A DNA stretch of 59,945 nucleotides from the NCBI GenBank assembly GCA_043822785.1, contig JBDRBN010000046.1, positions 1 to 59,945 on the forward strand. The letters are read 5' to 3'. A model generated the notes under the pieces. That model was not told where the DNA came from and searched no databases. It saw nothing but the letters and a program-made list of their open reading frames with translations. Below, piece after piece: positions 35,478 to 46,186 of this stretch. The translations under genes and the position numbers were made by a program. The stretch is from Pseudomonadota bacterium (GTDB lineage Bacteria; UBA10199; 2-02-FULL-44-16; JAAZCA01). How positions within the stretch are numbered: the stretch's first letter is position 1; every line of letters starts with the position of its first letter.

Positions 35478-36365
35478 TCAGTTATTTTCTAAACCTAAAA
35501 ACATCTCGATCCAAATATCTCTTTGCTCCACATTACTTTCATCAATTCGAAGAAGCCTGCGAACGATTCCCCAATATAGTGGCGATTCTCCATCTGTTCG
35601 CAGAATTCTGTGCAGCATTTCATTCAGGTGCCATTGGGGATCTTTTAAGTCTATGTGTTCTTCACTTAACTCTTTACCATAATTCATTTCAATGAGGGCC
35701 TTGCCTCGTTTCTCAAACATCCTCACCATCTTGGCAGCATGTTGCACATGGTCCCAATCCATATCGTGCGATCTGCTATAGGTGCCACCCATCAGCGAGT
35801 CGAGCAATACAACAGAGTGAAGCATTGCTTGGCGCTTCTTAGCCTTTTCATGCGTGCGAAAAGAAAGGCCACCTATTTTGTATGAGGTTTGTTCAGAGAT
35901 GTTGCGAAATTTATGTGAGCAATTTGCTCCTTTGGGAAAATGGGCTTTTATATGTTCTATTGCTTGCTCACGCGATTCAAAAGCCTCCCCCTTGTAAAAA
36001 AATCTGGTAACTTCTTGAATCTGATATCTGTCAGAGCTGGTCAAGGCCCAAAGCGTGTCATTAACCCTTCTTGCAGTTATTGAATTGGGGCTGCCAATTG
36101 AATTGCGGATACCAAGCTCAACCATTCCTTGCACCCAAAGATTAGGTTCAAAGCAGCAGTCTGCGCGTCTGTTCTTTGCCCTTACAAATGCGCCGTGGTT
36201 GATGCCTTGTTGAAATTGGGTTTCGCTTATTCCAATTGTGACCATATGCTGCACAAGAGCATACACTGGCTTAGGCATAGCATCAGTAAACAGAGGTGAA
36301 GCGGCAATGGTGAGTGCTGTACCAGTTGTTAATACAGGGCTTGTCATACGATGAACTCCTTTCAA
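35478..36365 (-). CDS. hypothetical protein
   Basis: 295-aa ORF with no recognisable motif; start may be the second Met after AGGAG. Confidence 0.6.
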   Translation of the reverse strand: MKGVHRMTSPVLTTGTALTIAASPLFTDAMPKPVYALVQHMVTIGISETQFQQGINHGAFVRAKNRRADCCFEPNLWVQGMVELGIRNSIGSPNSITARRVNDTLWALTSSDRYQIQEVTRFFYKGEAFESREQAIEHIKAHFPKGANCSHKFRNISEQTSYKIGGLSFRTHEKAKKRQAMLHSVVLLDSLMGGTYSRSHDMDWDHVQHAAKMVRMFEKRGKALIEMNYGKELSEEHIDLKDPQWHLNEMLHRILRTDGESPLYWGIVRRLLRIDESNVEQRDIWIEMFLGLENN

Positions 36366-36565
36366 GTGTCGGTTTTTCTAAAAAGTATTGAACTCAGATA
36401 GAACATGCCGCCGCGCGAGACTTTTGCGCCTGGCATCTGCGTTACTTCTGTGCGCACATCTAAAACTTCATAACCTTTAAACTCAGACGATTTAATTGCC
36501 TCGTTTATTTTAGTTTCGAGGTCATATGGGCTTGTGGCTTCAACGATTTTTACTTTGTATTTCAT
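36362..36565 (-). CDS. small hypothetical protein
   Basis: MKYKVKIVEA..DLETKINE..VLDVR; ORF-track N-terminus lies in a REP element. Confidence 0.6.
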   Translation of the reverse strand: MKYKVKIVEATSPYDLETKINEAIKSSEFKGYEVLDVRTEVTQMPGAKVSRGGMFYLSSILFRKTDT

Positions 36566-36579
36566 AATATGATCAATTG

Positions 36580-36652
36580 TGTCATTGCGAGGAGTGAAGC
36601 GACGAAGCAATCTTCTTCGATGGGGATTGCTTCGCTTTCGCTCGCAATGACA
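36580..36652. repeat. REP/MITE-like palindrome
   Basis: TGTCATTGCGAG..GAAGCAATC..GATTGCTTCG..CTCGCAATGACA. Confidence 0.85.
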
Positions 36653-36657
36653 TGCGT

Positions 36658-37938
36658 TTAACGCTCAATCCTCTCTATCCCATTCATATAGGGAGCCAAA
36701 GCTTTTGGCACCAAGATGCTCCCGTCCTTTTGCTGATAATTCTCAAGTATGGCTATGAGCGCGCGGCTTATGGCTATGGCAGTGCCGTTTAACATGTGCA
36801 CGAAAATAGGTTTCTTTTCGTTCTGTCGACGAAAGCGTATGCCCAAACGCCGCGCCTGATAATCGGTACAGTTGGATGTGGAGGTTACTTCGCCATATGC
36901 TCCGGCCTCGCCCCTGCCTGGCATCCATGCTTCAAGATCGTATTTGCGATATGCCGGGCCGCCCATGTCGCCGGTGCAGATATCCATAGCGCGGTAAGGT
37001 ATCTCAAGCCCTTGAAATAGTTTTTCTTCAAGCTTTAGAAACTCATCGTGCATCGTCTCTGAAGCCTCTGGTGTCGTAAACGCAAACATCTCCACTTTTG
37101 TGAATTGATGCACGCGATATAGGCCCTTTGACTCTTTGCCAGCTGCGCCCGCCTCAGTGCGAAAACAGTGAGACACGCCCACGTATTTGAGAGGCAGTTC
37201 ATCTTCATCCATTATCGTCTGCGACATCATGCCGCCAAGTGTGATCTCAGCCGTAGCTATGAGGCACAGATCAGAATTCTCTACAGAGTAGATTTGAGTC
37301 TCTTCACCGCGAGGATTAAACCCTATGCCGTCTAATATCTCTGATCTTGCCAGATCAGGCGTCATTATGGGTGTGAATCCCTCTTTTTGCAGCGTGTGAA
37401 GCGCGTAAGTTATAAGCGCCTGTTCTAAAAGCACGGCCTCGTTTTTAAGATAGTAAAACTTCTGGCCAACGACCTTTGCGCCCATTTCAAAATCTATGAG
37501 GTCTAGCTTTTCGCCAAGCTCCAGATGATCAAGCGCCTTGAAATTAAACGCGGTGGGCTTGCCCCATTTTCTGATCTCGCGGTTTCCCTCTTCTGTAGAA
37601 GCTACAGGAGAGTCAGGATGTGTCATGTTGGGGATTTGCCTGACGAGCAAATCGAACTCAGCTTCGATGGTGCGCAGTTTTTCTTCTGCCTCCTGTGCCC
37701 AGTTTTTTAACTCTTTGCCTCTCTCTATTAGCTTCTGCCTTGCATCAGGCTCAATCTTGCTTTTCATGCTGGCAGCAACGTCGTTTTGCTCCTTGCGAAT
37801 TTCTTCTAACGAGGCGATGGTCTTGCGGCGCTGGTTATCGAGCTCACTGAACCTTTCAAGGTTTACCGAGATATTTCTGTTAGCACAGTTGACCTTTATT
37901 GCATCCAGGTTTTCGCGTATGAATTTTATATCAAGCAT
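36658..37938 (-). CDS. serS: seryl-tRNA synthetase
   Basis: MLDIKFIREN, LIATAE, CFRTEAG, GLYRVHQFTKVE, SNCTDYQARRL, LNGTA. Confidence 0.97.
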   Translation of the reverse strand: MLDIKFIRENLDAIKVNCANRNISVNLERFSELDNQRRKTIASLEEIRKEQNDVAASMKSKIEPDARQKLIERGKELKNWAQEAEEKLRTIEAEFDLLVRQIPNMTHPDSPVASTEEGNREIRKWGKPTAFNFKALDHLELGEKLDLIDFEMGAKVVGQKFYYLKNEAVLLEQALITYALHTLQKEGFTPIMTPDLARSEILDGIGFNPRGEETQIYSVENSDLCLIATAEITLGGMMSQTIMDEDELPLKYVGVSHCFRTEAGAAGKESKGLYRVHQFTKVEMFAFTTPEASETMHDEFLKLEEKLFQGLEIPYRAMDICTGDMGGPAYRKYDLEAWMPGRGEAGAYGEVTSTSNCTDYQARRLGIRFRRQNEKKPIFVHMLNGTAIAISRALIAILENYQQKDGSILVPKALAPYMNGIERIER

Positions 37939-37951
37939 AATAAAAACAGGC

Positions 37952-38965
37952 CTATCTCTTGATCTCCATATCTATGAGCTCTTTGAATGACTCGTAAGGT
38001 CTGGCGCCAGTGAGCATGATGCCATTTATGAAAAACACTGGCGTTCCAGAAACTCCTGCCTTGGCGCCTTTCTCGATCATCTTCTCAACGGTTGCTGTGT
38101 GCGCGCCAGAATCCAGACATTGGTTAAACTTGTTAGTATCGAAATTTAGTTGCTTTGCATACTTTTTTAGATCGTCTGGTTCGAGTTTTGACTGATTTTC
38201 AAACAGCTTTCTATTGTATTCATAATACTTACCCTGATCACCTGCGCATCGCGCTGCTTCGTGTGCCTTTTTTGCTTCGCGATGAAATGAGAGAGGAAAA
38301 TCTAAGAATACGTACCTCAGCTTGCCCTTGTATTCATCTACAAGGCGCCAGATTGTGGGGCGAACCCTCTTACAGAACGAACATTGGTAATCGGCAAATT
38401 CTACTAGTATTACTTCAGCGTCATCTTCTCCAATAGCAGGCACATCGCCCAACTCGATATTCACTCGCGGTGGGCTGAGCTTCATTTCAACTTGAGCATT
38501 TTCTATAAGCATGGACAGCAGCTCGGCTCTTGCTTGAGCCTTGCGGTTCTGCTTGAGATATTCGGCAATCTGTCCCTTTACCTCATCAAAGGGTTTGGTA
38601 ATTGCACCCTCTCTTGCGTCGTAGAGCGCTTTGGCTTCCTCATCAGTGGGTTCAGCAGATTTTACGTCTATTTCCTCATACATGAATTTATCTACGTTTA
38701 TGCCCTTTTTCTTTGCTGCATTGGCGATGAGTTTTTCTTCGACAAGGCTGTCCAATACCCGTTTCTTTATCTGATAGATCTCAGTGTCTATCCTGGCCAG
38801 CTGGTCCTTTGCAGCGCTGTTTAAGTTTTCCATGGTTATGTTTTCGCCATCTACAACAGCAGCTATGCCCCCTTCAGCATCGCATGGATTACAGGGTTTA
38901 TTGCTGCATGCACACAGCACAGCTGCAATTGCTACGCATACAAGACCAATCACAAACCGCTTCAT
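37952..38965 (-). CDS. DsbA-family lipoprotein with SurA-N-like helical domain
   Basis: Lipobox LCAC; VEFADYQCSFC, DFPL.FH, AARCAGDQG, GVSGTPVFFING; RBS before ATG 38965. Confidence 0.88.
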   Translation of the reverse strand: MKRFVIGLVCVAIAAVLCACSNKPCNPCDAEGGIAAVVDGENITMENLNSAAKDQLARIDTEIYQIKKRVLDSLVEEKLIANAAKKKGINVDKFMYEEIDVKSAEPTDEEAKALYDAREGAITKPFDEVKGQIAEYLKQNRKAQARAELLSMLIENAQVEMKLSPPRVNIELGDVPAIGEDDAEVILVEFADYQCSFCKRVRPTIWRLVDEYKGKLRYVFLDFPLSFHREAKKAHEAARCAGDQGKYYEYNRKLFENQSKLEPDDLKKYAKQLNFDTNKFNQCLDSGAHTATVEKMIEKGAKAGVSGTPVFFINGIMLTGARPYESFKELIDMEIKR

Positions 38966-38980
38966 GAAACCCCCTTGGTT

Positions 38981-39165
38981 AAATTCCAAATTCCAAGCTC
39001 CAAATTCCAAACCCCAAAATCCAAACAAATGCTTGAAATTGCTGCGCAACCTATCACTTCCAGTGATCAGTGACAAGTGATCAGTGACCAGTAATCATAG
39101 ATTCGAGTCCAGAGCAACCCTGACGTTTGTTTGTATGTTTACTGATCACTGGTTACTGGTTTCAC
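38981..39165. repeat. two heptamer repeat tracts (CCAAATT-type; CAGTGAT/ACTGAT inverted pair)
   Basis: aaattccaaattccaagctccaaattccaaaccccaaa; cagtgatcagtgacaagtgatcagtgaccagtaatca...actgatcactggttactgg. Confidence 0.75.
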
Positions 39166-39246
39166 AGCTTGACAGCACATTCCTCCCAATATAACACCCG
39201 CATGCAAGTTTATATCATAATCATCTAATTCAGAAAGGGGTGAGGT

Positions 39247-40512
39247 ATGGAAAAGAAGCGCTGGCTTGTGGTTGTAGGAGCTTTACTAATGCAACTCTGT
39301 CTAGGCGCGATCTACGCGTGGGGAGCATTTACCAAGGCGTTGCAGGATCCAAATGGCGCCTTTGCATTTTCTGCCACACAAGCGCAGGCAATCTTCTCGG
39401 CCGGGCTAGCAACGTTTGCGATTGTGATGATATTAGCCGGACGTTGGCAGGATAGAATCGGGCCCAGAAAGGTAGCACTCGCAGGTGCTGTGCTTTTGGG
39501 ACTAGGCTATGTACTAGCTGGCCTCGTAGGTGGGACCAGTTTCTGGGCACTTCTTTTCTTCATCGGCATAGTCGGTGGTGCAGGAATTGGGCTTGGCTAT
39601 GTATGCCCGATCGCCGCATGCGTGAAGTGGTTTCCTGATCTCAAGGGCTTTGTGACAGGTCTTGCTGTAGCTGGATTTGGCGCTGGCGCCTTCATTTTCG
39701 TCAAGCTCGCTGGCACCTGGGGCGGGTTTATTACAAATTACGGCGTAAATGGCACGTTCACCGCATTCGGAATCATCTTCTTTATCTCAGTCGTCATAGG
39801 CGCTCTTCTTTTGTCTAACCCACCTGCTGGATGGAAACCTGCTGGATGGAATCCTCCTGCTGCGCATGCGACGGCTCCAAAGGCAGAGGATTTCAGCCAA
39901 GGTGAAACTATTCGCACAAGCCAATTCTGGATGTTGTGGCTTGCATTTGTTTTTTCTGCAGGTTCTGGACTCATGGTTATCGGTTGCCTTAAGAATTTTG
40001 GCGAGCTCGTAAGCGGACTAACCGCGGCTACTGCTGCCTCAGCGCTAGGTCTTCTGGCTCTGTTCAATGGCCTGGGACGCATCGTCTGGGGTACGGTGTC
40101 ACAGAAGCTTGGCGCGCGTAAATCCATAGCGGTTATGACTTTTTTCCAGGCAATCATGCTAGTTGGCATCTTAAAGATCGGCATGACTGAATTTGGCCTG
40201 GTGTTTGCGGCTTGCTGGATCGGGTTCAATTTTGGAGGAAACTTCGCCCTGTTCCCGCTCGCCACTGCAGAATCGTTTGGCACAAAGAACTTGGGCGCCA
40301 ACTACGGAGCTATGTTCACATCCTATGGCGTTGGTGGAATACTCATGCCCATATTGGCAGGAAGGCTTTGGGATATGTTCGGTTCATACACATGGGCCTT
40401 TATCATTGCTGCGATAATATGCATATTTGCGACGATTCTGGCTTGGGTAGTGAAGCCGCCGCACCATGTGGCAGCTGCGGCTTGTGAGCCCAGACTACAG
40501 ACGCAAGAATAA
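39247..40512 (+). CDS. OFA-family (oxalate/formate antiporter-like) MFS transporter
   Basis: QLCLGAIYAW, GRWQDRIGPR, VKWFPD.KG..TGLAVAGFG, FNGLGRI.WG, FGTKNLGANYG. Confidence 0.9.
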   Translation: MEKKRWLVVVGALLMQLCLGAIYAWGAFTKALQDPNGAFAFSATQAQAIFSAGLATFAIVMILAGRWQDRIGPRKVALAGAVLLGLGYVLAGLVGGTSFWALLFFIGIVGGAGIGLGYVCPIAACVKWFPDLKGFVTGLAVAGFGAGAFIFVKLAGTWGGFITNYGVNGTFTAFGIIFFISVVIGALLLSNPPAGWKPAGWNPPAAHATAPKAEDFSQGETIRTSQFWMLWLAFVFSAGSGLMVIGCLKNFGELVSGLTAATAASALGLLALFNGLGRIVWGTVSQKLGARKSIAVMTFFQAIMLVGILKIGMTEFGLVFAACWIGFNFGGNFALFPLATAESFGTKNLGANYGAMFTSYGVGGILMPILAGRLWDMFGSYTWAFIIAAIICIFATILAWVVKPPHHVAAAACEPRLQTQE

Positions 40513-40535
40513 GTTTGAGATGCAAATAATAAGTA

Positions 40536-40570
40536 AAAATGGGAAGCGAGCGCGTTTTGCTTCCCATTTT
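40536..40570. terminator. intrinsic terminator
   Basis: AAAATGGGAAGC...GCTTCCCATTTT after MFS stop. Confidence 0.7.
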
Positions 40571-40612
40571 TCATTTTATTTACAGTACATTGCAGGCGTT
40601 GAAAATTATAGC

Positions 40613-40639
40613 GCAACAAATTGCGCAATCTGCCGATAA
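40613..40639 (+). promoter_or_regulatory. sigma28-like promoter
   Basis: GCAAC-N14-GCCGATAA upstream of S8 protease. Confidence 0.7.
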
Positions 40640-40660
40640 CTAATTTGGACCGGGGGTTAG

Positions 40661-42802
40661 GTGATAAGACGACTTTTAATAACAGCTGTATGCCTATCTT
40701 TATTCTGCATAGTAACGCAAGCTTACGCGCAGACAAAGATAGATCCTTATCTGGACTTCACACCCAAAGGCGCTCCATTTAAAGCGCTATCCATAAGCAA
40801 AATTCCAAATACCGAAGCGGACGCTTCTTTTGTAGAAGTTTTCATCAAAACATATGATCTGGAGCAGACCAAAAGTGTTGTGGCTTTAGCTGGCGGAAAG
40901 GTTCATACCGCCTTTGGCCAAATTGTTACAGCAAGTGTTCCTAGGGAAGAGCTGGATACCATTGGGCAGTCTGATCATGTGATCTTCATAGAGGCAGCAA
41001 AGCCGATCAATCTATCAAATGATGTGGCTGCTGATGAAATCAATTTAACTGAAGTGCATGCAGGCACTGATCTTCCTCAAGCATACTCTGGAAAGGGTAT
41101 AGTTGTCGGAATAATCGATACGGGCATCGATTACAGCCATGATGATTTTACAGACGGCGAGGGAAATACCCGCATACTTGCGATATGGGATCAGAGCAAG
41201 AGCATGGGCAAGGGGCCTTTGGAGATTGGCAATACCTATGGCACAGAGTGCAATGCAGAATCCATTTCCGATGGATTATGTCCTCTTACGGATTTTGACG
41301 GGCACGGCACTCACGTGGCCGGCATAGCTGCTGGCAGGGATGAGAAATATGGGGGCGTGGCACCAGATGCAAATATCATTGCTGTCAAATACGATGCAAA
41401 GTTGGATCTCGAATCAGGCTATGCTGATACAATTTTTTCCACAAAGATATGTCAGGCAGCATATTACATATTTGCCAAAGCAGAAAAGTTAGGCATGCCG
41501 GCGGTCGTGAATTTGAGCCTTGGCACGCATTTGGGATCGCATGATGGAACTTCGCTCTTTGAGGAGTGCTTGGCTGCACTTGTGGGCGAGGCAGGAAAAG
41601 CTTTGGTCGCCGCTGGCGGCAATGAGTACTCAGGCGAATATGATTATACGGGAATCCACACTGGGTTTAAGTTATCCCAATCCGAAGCTGCAACAAACTT
41701 CGTCATACGAAACGCCAGCTCGGATGGAGTCTACTACATCGACATATGGGGCACGCCAGAAAGCGAGCTGCATGTAGGATTAGCCATTCACGATGGCGAG
41801 CCGATTGGTTTGCCAAAAGAATATTCTGAACTCACCGATCCTGGCAGCATAAATTCAGGTTCATTTGAGAACGGGAAAATTGATTATGTGATAAGCGCTA
41901 CGGAAACAAAATCTGTTCTCAATGACAAACCGCATGTCGGAGTTCGCATCGTGGTTGATCCTAAGTTAGATGACATAGGAAATTTCAGCTTTGATCTTGT
42001 AGTAAAGGGAAAAGGCAACTTTGATGCATGGCTGTTTCCAGACAAGCCAGCCAGAACCATACAGTTTAGTTCTATTTCAAAAGCGCAGAGCGATGGTCTG
42101 TGGCAGTATGTTGCAGGCGATAGAATTAAAAATATTGCCATTCCAGCTACATCGCCTGAGGTAATATCGGTCGTAGGCTATGCCACCCGCAACAGGTGGA
42201 CGACTGGAGCGTTAACATGGTTATTTAACGGCCAGTTGCTTGATGAGATTTTAAACTTTTCAAGCTCTGGTCCAACAGCTGATCCTGATTTCACCGGTCA
42301 AAAGCCTGAAATAGCAGCGCCAGGCGGCATGATAGCTTCTACAAAATCCTCTCATGCCCAGATAGGCTCTGAAGTTACCATAAACGAAGGCGAACATTTC
42401 CTGCAAGCAGGTACGAGCATGGCTGCGCCGTTTGTGTCTGGAACTATAGCTCTTATGTTTGAGTTAAATCCCAATTTTACTCAGGGTGATGTACGCGACT
42501 TTCTCATAAATAGTGCATATGCAGACACGTATGTGGGGAATGTGCCAAATGATAGATGGGGATATGGAAAGCTCGATACATTCCGTGCAATGGAATTTGC
42601 AATGAATGGAACGGCATCAGGGTATTTTGAGTCAAACAATCCCATCGGAGCTCCAATTCAGTCTGAATCAGCAGGCCACTCGAGCTGCCAGCTCATAAGC
42701 GCTGAGAAGGGCGTTCTCTTGAACGCAGAAGTATTTGTGTTAATGCTTGTTGTGCTTGTGCTTGGATTGGTTGCGCGCAACCCCCGGTTCATTTGCGCAT
42801 AA
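40661..42802 (+). CDS. secreted S8 subtilisin-like protease with C-terminal Cys-TM-basic sorting tail
   Basis: IIDTG, HGTHVAG, GTSMAAP triad; signal peptide; tail HSSCQL..hydrophobic..RNPR. Confidence 0.92.
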   Translation: MIRRLLITAVCLSLFCIVTQAYAQTKIDPYLDFTPKGAPFKALSISKIPNTEADASFVEVFIKTYDLEQTKSVVALAGGKVHTAFGQIVTASVPREELDTIGQSDHVIFIEAAKPINLSNDVAADEINLTEVHAGTDLPQAYSGKGIVVGIIDTGIDYSHDDFTDGEGNTRILAIWDQSKSMGKGPLEIGNTYGTECNAESISDGLCPLTDFDGHGTHVAGIAAGRDEKYGGVAPDANIIAVKYDAKLDLESGYADTIFSTKICQAAYYIFAKAEKLGMPAVVNLSLGTHLGSHDGTSLFEECLAALVGEAGKALVAAGGNEYSGEYDYTGIHTGFKLSQSEAATNFVIRNASSDGVYYIDIWGTPESELHVGLAIHDGEPIGLPKEYSELTDPGSINSGSFENGKIDYVISATETKSVLNDKPHVGVRIVVDPKLDDIGNFSFDLVVKGKGNFDAWLFPDKPARTIQFSSISKAQSDGLWQYVAGDRIKNIAIPATSPEVISVVGYATRNRWTTGALTWLFNGQLLDEILNFSSSGPTADPDFTGQKPEIAAPGGMIASTKSSHAQIGSEVTINEGEHFLQAGTSMAAPFVSGTIALMFELNPNFTQGDVRDFLINSAYADTYVGNVPNDRWGYGKLDTFRAMEFAMNGTASGYFESNNPIGAPIQSESAGHSSCQLISAEKGVLLNAEVFVLMLVVLVLGLVARNPRFICA

Positions 42803-42822
42803 AACTATTCAGGCACGCAAAG

Positions 42823-42853
42823 AAAAGCCGATCCTCTTGAGGACCGGCTTTTT
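42823..42853. terminator. bidirectional intrinsic terminator
   Basis: AAAAGCCG.TCCTC ttga GGACCGGCTTTTT between convergent genes. Confidence 0.7.
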
Positions 42854-42858
42854 ATATT

Positions 42859-42948
42859 TGTCATTGCGAGGACGAAGTCCGAAGCAATTTCCTCAATCCA
42901 AGGAGATCGCCACGCCCTGCACCGTATGGTGCAGGGCTCGCGATGACA
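42859..42948. repeat. REP/MITE-like palindrome with nested hairpin
   Basis: TGTCATTGCGAG..GAAGCAAT..GAGATCGCCACG-[CCCTGCACC gtat GGTGCAGGG]-CTCGCGATGACA. Confidence 0.8.
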
Positions 42949-42956
42949 CCTCTTAT

Positions 42957-44369
42957 TTAAATATCATAATAAAGACTAAACTCCATAGGAACAGGTCTTA
43001 GCCGCAAAGGTTTTACCTCTTCCTCCATCTTATATTCTATCCACTTGTCGATCACGTCCTGCGTAAACACATCTCCCTTGAGCAGAAACTCGTGATCGTC
43101 CCTGAGGGCTTTTATCGCCTCATCAAGCGATGCAGGAGCATGACCTACGTCGCGCAATTCTTCGGGCGATAGCTTATAGATATTCTTATCGAGCGGTGAG
43201 CCTGGATCGATGCGATTCTGTATGCCATCAAGGCCTGCCATAAGGATGGCTGCAAATGCCATATAGCCGTTGCAGGATGGGTCAGGCGTTCTAAACTCAA
43301 TTCTTTTGGTCTTTGGGTCGGATGAGTACATGGGTATACGCACTGCGGCCGAGCGGTTGCGGCTGGAATATGCCAAGTTGATAGGTGCTTCAAAGCCAGG
43401 CACTAGCCTGCGATATGAGTTGGTAGTGGGATTGCAGAATGCACAAAGCGCCCTGGCGTGTTTGAGGATGCCGCCAATAAAAAAGAGCGCTGTTTCGGAC
43501 AAGCCACCATATCGGTCGCCAGCAAATAGTGGATCATTGCCTTTCCAAAGGGAGACGTGGACATGCATGCCACTGCCGTTATCATCGAACAGGGGTTTGG
43601 GCATAAATGTTACGGTCTTGTTATGACGCCTGGCAACATTCTTGACGATATATTTAAACCAAAGGAGTTTATCGCCTGCTTCTACCAGAGGAGCGAATCG
43701 CATGTCGATCTCGGCTTGCCCTGCTGTTGCCACCTCGTGATGCTGGCATTCTACCTTGATGCCAACTTTTTCCATCTCTAGCACCATCTCGGTGCGCAGA
43801 TCGTGTTGGCTATCAGTAGGTGATACAGGAAAATACCCTTCTTTGTAGCGCGGTTTGTACCCTAGATTTTGACTTAGCTCAGATCCGCTGTTCCAGCGGC
43901 CCTCAGTTGAGTCGATACGATAGTATCCCTCATTCACTGTCTGATCAAAAGCTATGTGATCGAAGATGAAGAACTCGGCTTCTGGTCCAAAGTAAGCAGT
44001 ATCTGCTATACCAGTAGAGCGTAGATAATTTTCTGCCTTTTGTGCGATGTGGCGAGGATCTCTCGAGTAGGGTTCTTTAGTGATGGGATCTACAATATTG
44101 CAGATAAGAGAGAGAGTTTTTTCCTTCATGAACGGATCCATTACAGCTGTGAGAGGATCGGGTAGGATGAGCATGTCTGAGGCATGAATTGGCTGCCAAC
44201 CTCTGATGGATGAACCATCAAAGCCAAAGCCATTATCAAAGGCAGCTTCATCAAGTTCTGAGACAGGAACTGAGAAGTGCTGCCATACTCCCGGAAAATC
44301 AACGAATTTGAAATCTACCATCCTTGAATTATTTTGTTCTACCATGCCGAGCGCCTTAGAAATAGCCAT
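42957..44369 (-). CDS. glnA: glutamine synthetase type I
   Basis: [56 protein letters not shown] adenylylation region. Confidence 0.97.
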   Translation of the reverse strand: MAISKALGMVEQNNSRMVDFKFVDFPGVWQHFSVPVSELDEAAFDNGFGFDGSSIRGWQPIHASDMLILPDPLTAVMDPFMKEKTLSLICNIVDPITKEPYSRDPRHIAQKAENYLRSTGIADTAYFGPEAEFFIFDHIAFDQTVNEGYYRIDSTEGRWNSGSELSQNLGYKPRYKEGYFPVSPTDSQHDLRTEMVLEMEKVGIKVECQHHEVATAGQAEIDMRFAPLVEAGDKLLWFKYIVKNVARRHNKTVTFMPKPLFDDNGSGMHVHVSLWKGNDPLFAGDRYGGLSETALFFIGGILKHARALCAFCNPTTNSYRRLVPGFEAPINLAYSSRNRSAAVRIPMYSSDPKTKRIEFRTPDPSCNGYMAFAAILMAGLDGIQNRIDPGSPLDKNIYKLSPEELRDVGHAPASLDEAIKALRDDHEFLLKGDVFTQDVIDKWIEYKMEEEVKPLRLRPVPMEFSLYYDI

Positions 44370-44426
44370 ATACCCTCCCTTTAGGATGTTTGGTTGCCTA
44401 CCTGATTTTGGTGAAAAAAAAAAGGG

Positions 44427-44810
<384 letters not shown>

Positions 44811-44828
44811 TTAAAAAAAACACTACTT

Positions 44829-44905
44829 TTGGTCGGGGTGAGAGGATTCTCCCTTCGGCTTACGCCTGCGGGATTTCCTCAGCCACCCACCTTCGGTCAG
44901 AACCT
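44829..44905 (-). repeat. duplicated tRNA-Pro 3' end with 50-bp insert in T loop
   Basis: TTGGTCGGGGTGAGAGGATTC equals 44954-44974; then 44850-44899 insert; then GAACCT resumes the tRNA sequence. Confidence 0.8.
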
Positions 44906-44954
44906 AAAATGATGCCTTTGCTGGCAAAGAAATAAAATGAAATGAGCATCACAT

Positions 44955-45033
<79 letters not shown>

Positions 45034-45246
45034 TAAAAAATGCTTCGCATTTTTCGTAATTCGTTTTTCGTTCTTAATATCTTCCCAATGCAGTCTAAAC
45101 CAGGTTGCTTGCCTAACAAGCATCTAAGAATGTCGCAGGTCTAGTGAAAAAGGGTGGGGGTGTCAACGTCATTGAAATATGCCAGCAACGTCAGTAAACA
45201 CTGATACGACTTGTTTTCAAACAGTTTATGTAATAGAAACATGCGC

Positions 45247-46182
45247 ATGGCAACGTCAGCCCGCACATCCCGCACAAGAAAGAAGTCTGCAAAGAGCGCC
45301 CCTAAGAAGAAGAGAGAAAGGGCTACCATACCTTACGAGGGGACAACCTCACCTCTTGATCCGCTCGATCTCATAAAACAAGTGCTTAGGTCTCAGGATA
45401 TGCTTTTTTTGAGCCGCCAAGTTGCATATCATATAGCCTCAGAAGCAGAGCTTCCAGATGCATGGGCGAATACTGATCAGGTAAGGCTTGTGCTATCAAA
45501 GCTCATGGAGCACATTGTGAAGAGGTCGCCCAGGCGCAGCAATATATCTATCAACCTTAAGGAGTTTTCGCTCAGATGCGGACCTGGTGTGGAGTTTAAG
45601 ATCATCAGCACTGATCGCCTTCTTGAGAAGATGGATAGGAGCGCCTTTATGGCAAGTCTCTTCACTGCAAATATTGATAGTGAGAGCGGGGTCTCGCTGA
45701 CAGAATGCAGGGAGTCCATTTTGCGGCAACGCGGAAGATTTTGGGTGGATCTGCCAAAGACCAATCAACCTGTTTATCATGTAGTTCTTCCCACGTCCGA
45801 AGAAGTTGCGAATGTCGAACGAGCTGAACATTATACCTTTAAATACGATATCTTAATCAGCAACTTCGCTGCAGTAAGAAAGCGCTTTGGAATATGCAAG
45901 AGCCAATCGCTTGTCGAACAGATCGAACACTATGTGCGATCACTAGTGCGATATCCTATGGATATGGTGATGTCCGTTGGCGAGGAGGGCATCATAACTA
46001 CTATTTATGAGACCGAAGGCGGAATAGCTGAATCTGTTGCTAGCCGTATATCACAGCGGCTGGGCAGAGAAATTTTTCGTATCGGAAAAAACACGGTGGA
46101 ACTCACCTTCAAGTATCACCTTTCCGCATTAAAGGTAACTCCAGCAAATCATCGTAAAGCAGCACATAAGAGGAGCTTCTAA
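45247..46182 (+). CDS. hypothetical signalling protein with degenerate HATPase-like and GGDEF-like regions
   Basis: DQVRLVLSKLMEHIVKRS and GVSLTECRESILRQRGRFWV echo N/G2 boxes; ISNFAAVRKRFG..VRYPMDMV echoes GGDEF N-half; start uncertain. Confidence 0.5.
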   Translation: MATSARTSRTRKKSAKSAPKKKRERATIPYEGTTSPLDPLDLIKQVLRSQDMLFLSRQVAYHIASEAELPDAWANTDQVRLVLSKLMEHIVKRSPRRSNISINLKEFSLRCGPGVEFKIISTDRLLEKMDRSAFMASLFTANIDSESGVSLTECRESILRQRGRFWVDLPKTNQPVYHVVLPTSEEVANVERAEHYTFKYDILISNFAAVRKRFGICKSQSLVEQIEHYVRSLVRYPMDMVMSVGEEGIITTIYETEGGIAESVASRISQRLGREIFRIGKNTVELTFKYHLSALKVTPANHRKAAHKRSF

Positions 46183-46186
46183 TCCA

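Noticed and set aside
39738-40301. Long antisense ORFs (also 8538-9260, 24684-25277, 51792-52418, 59163-59765)
   Set aside because: They are shadows of well-supported genes on the opposite strand, with no motifs.
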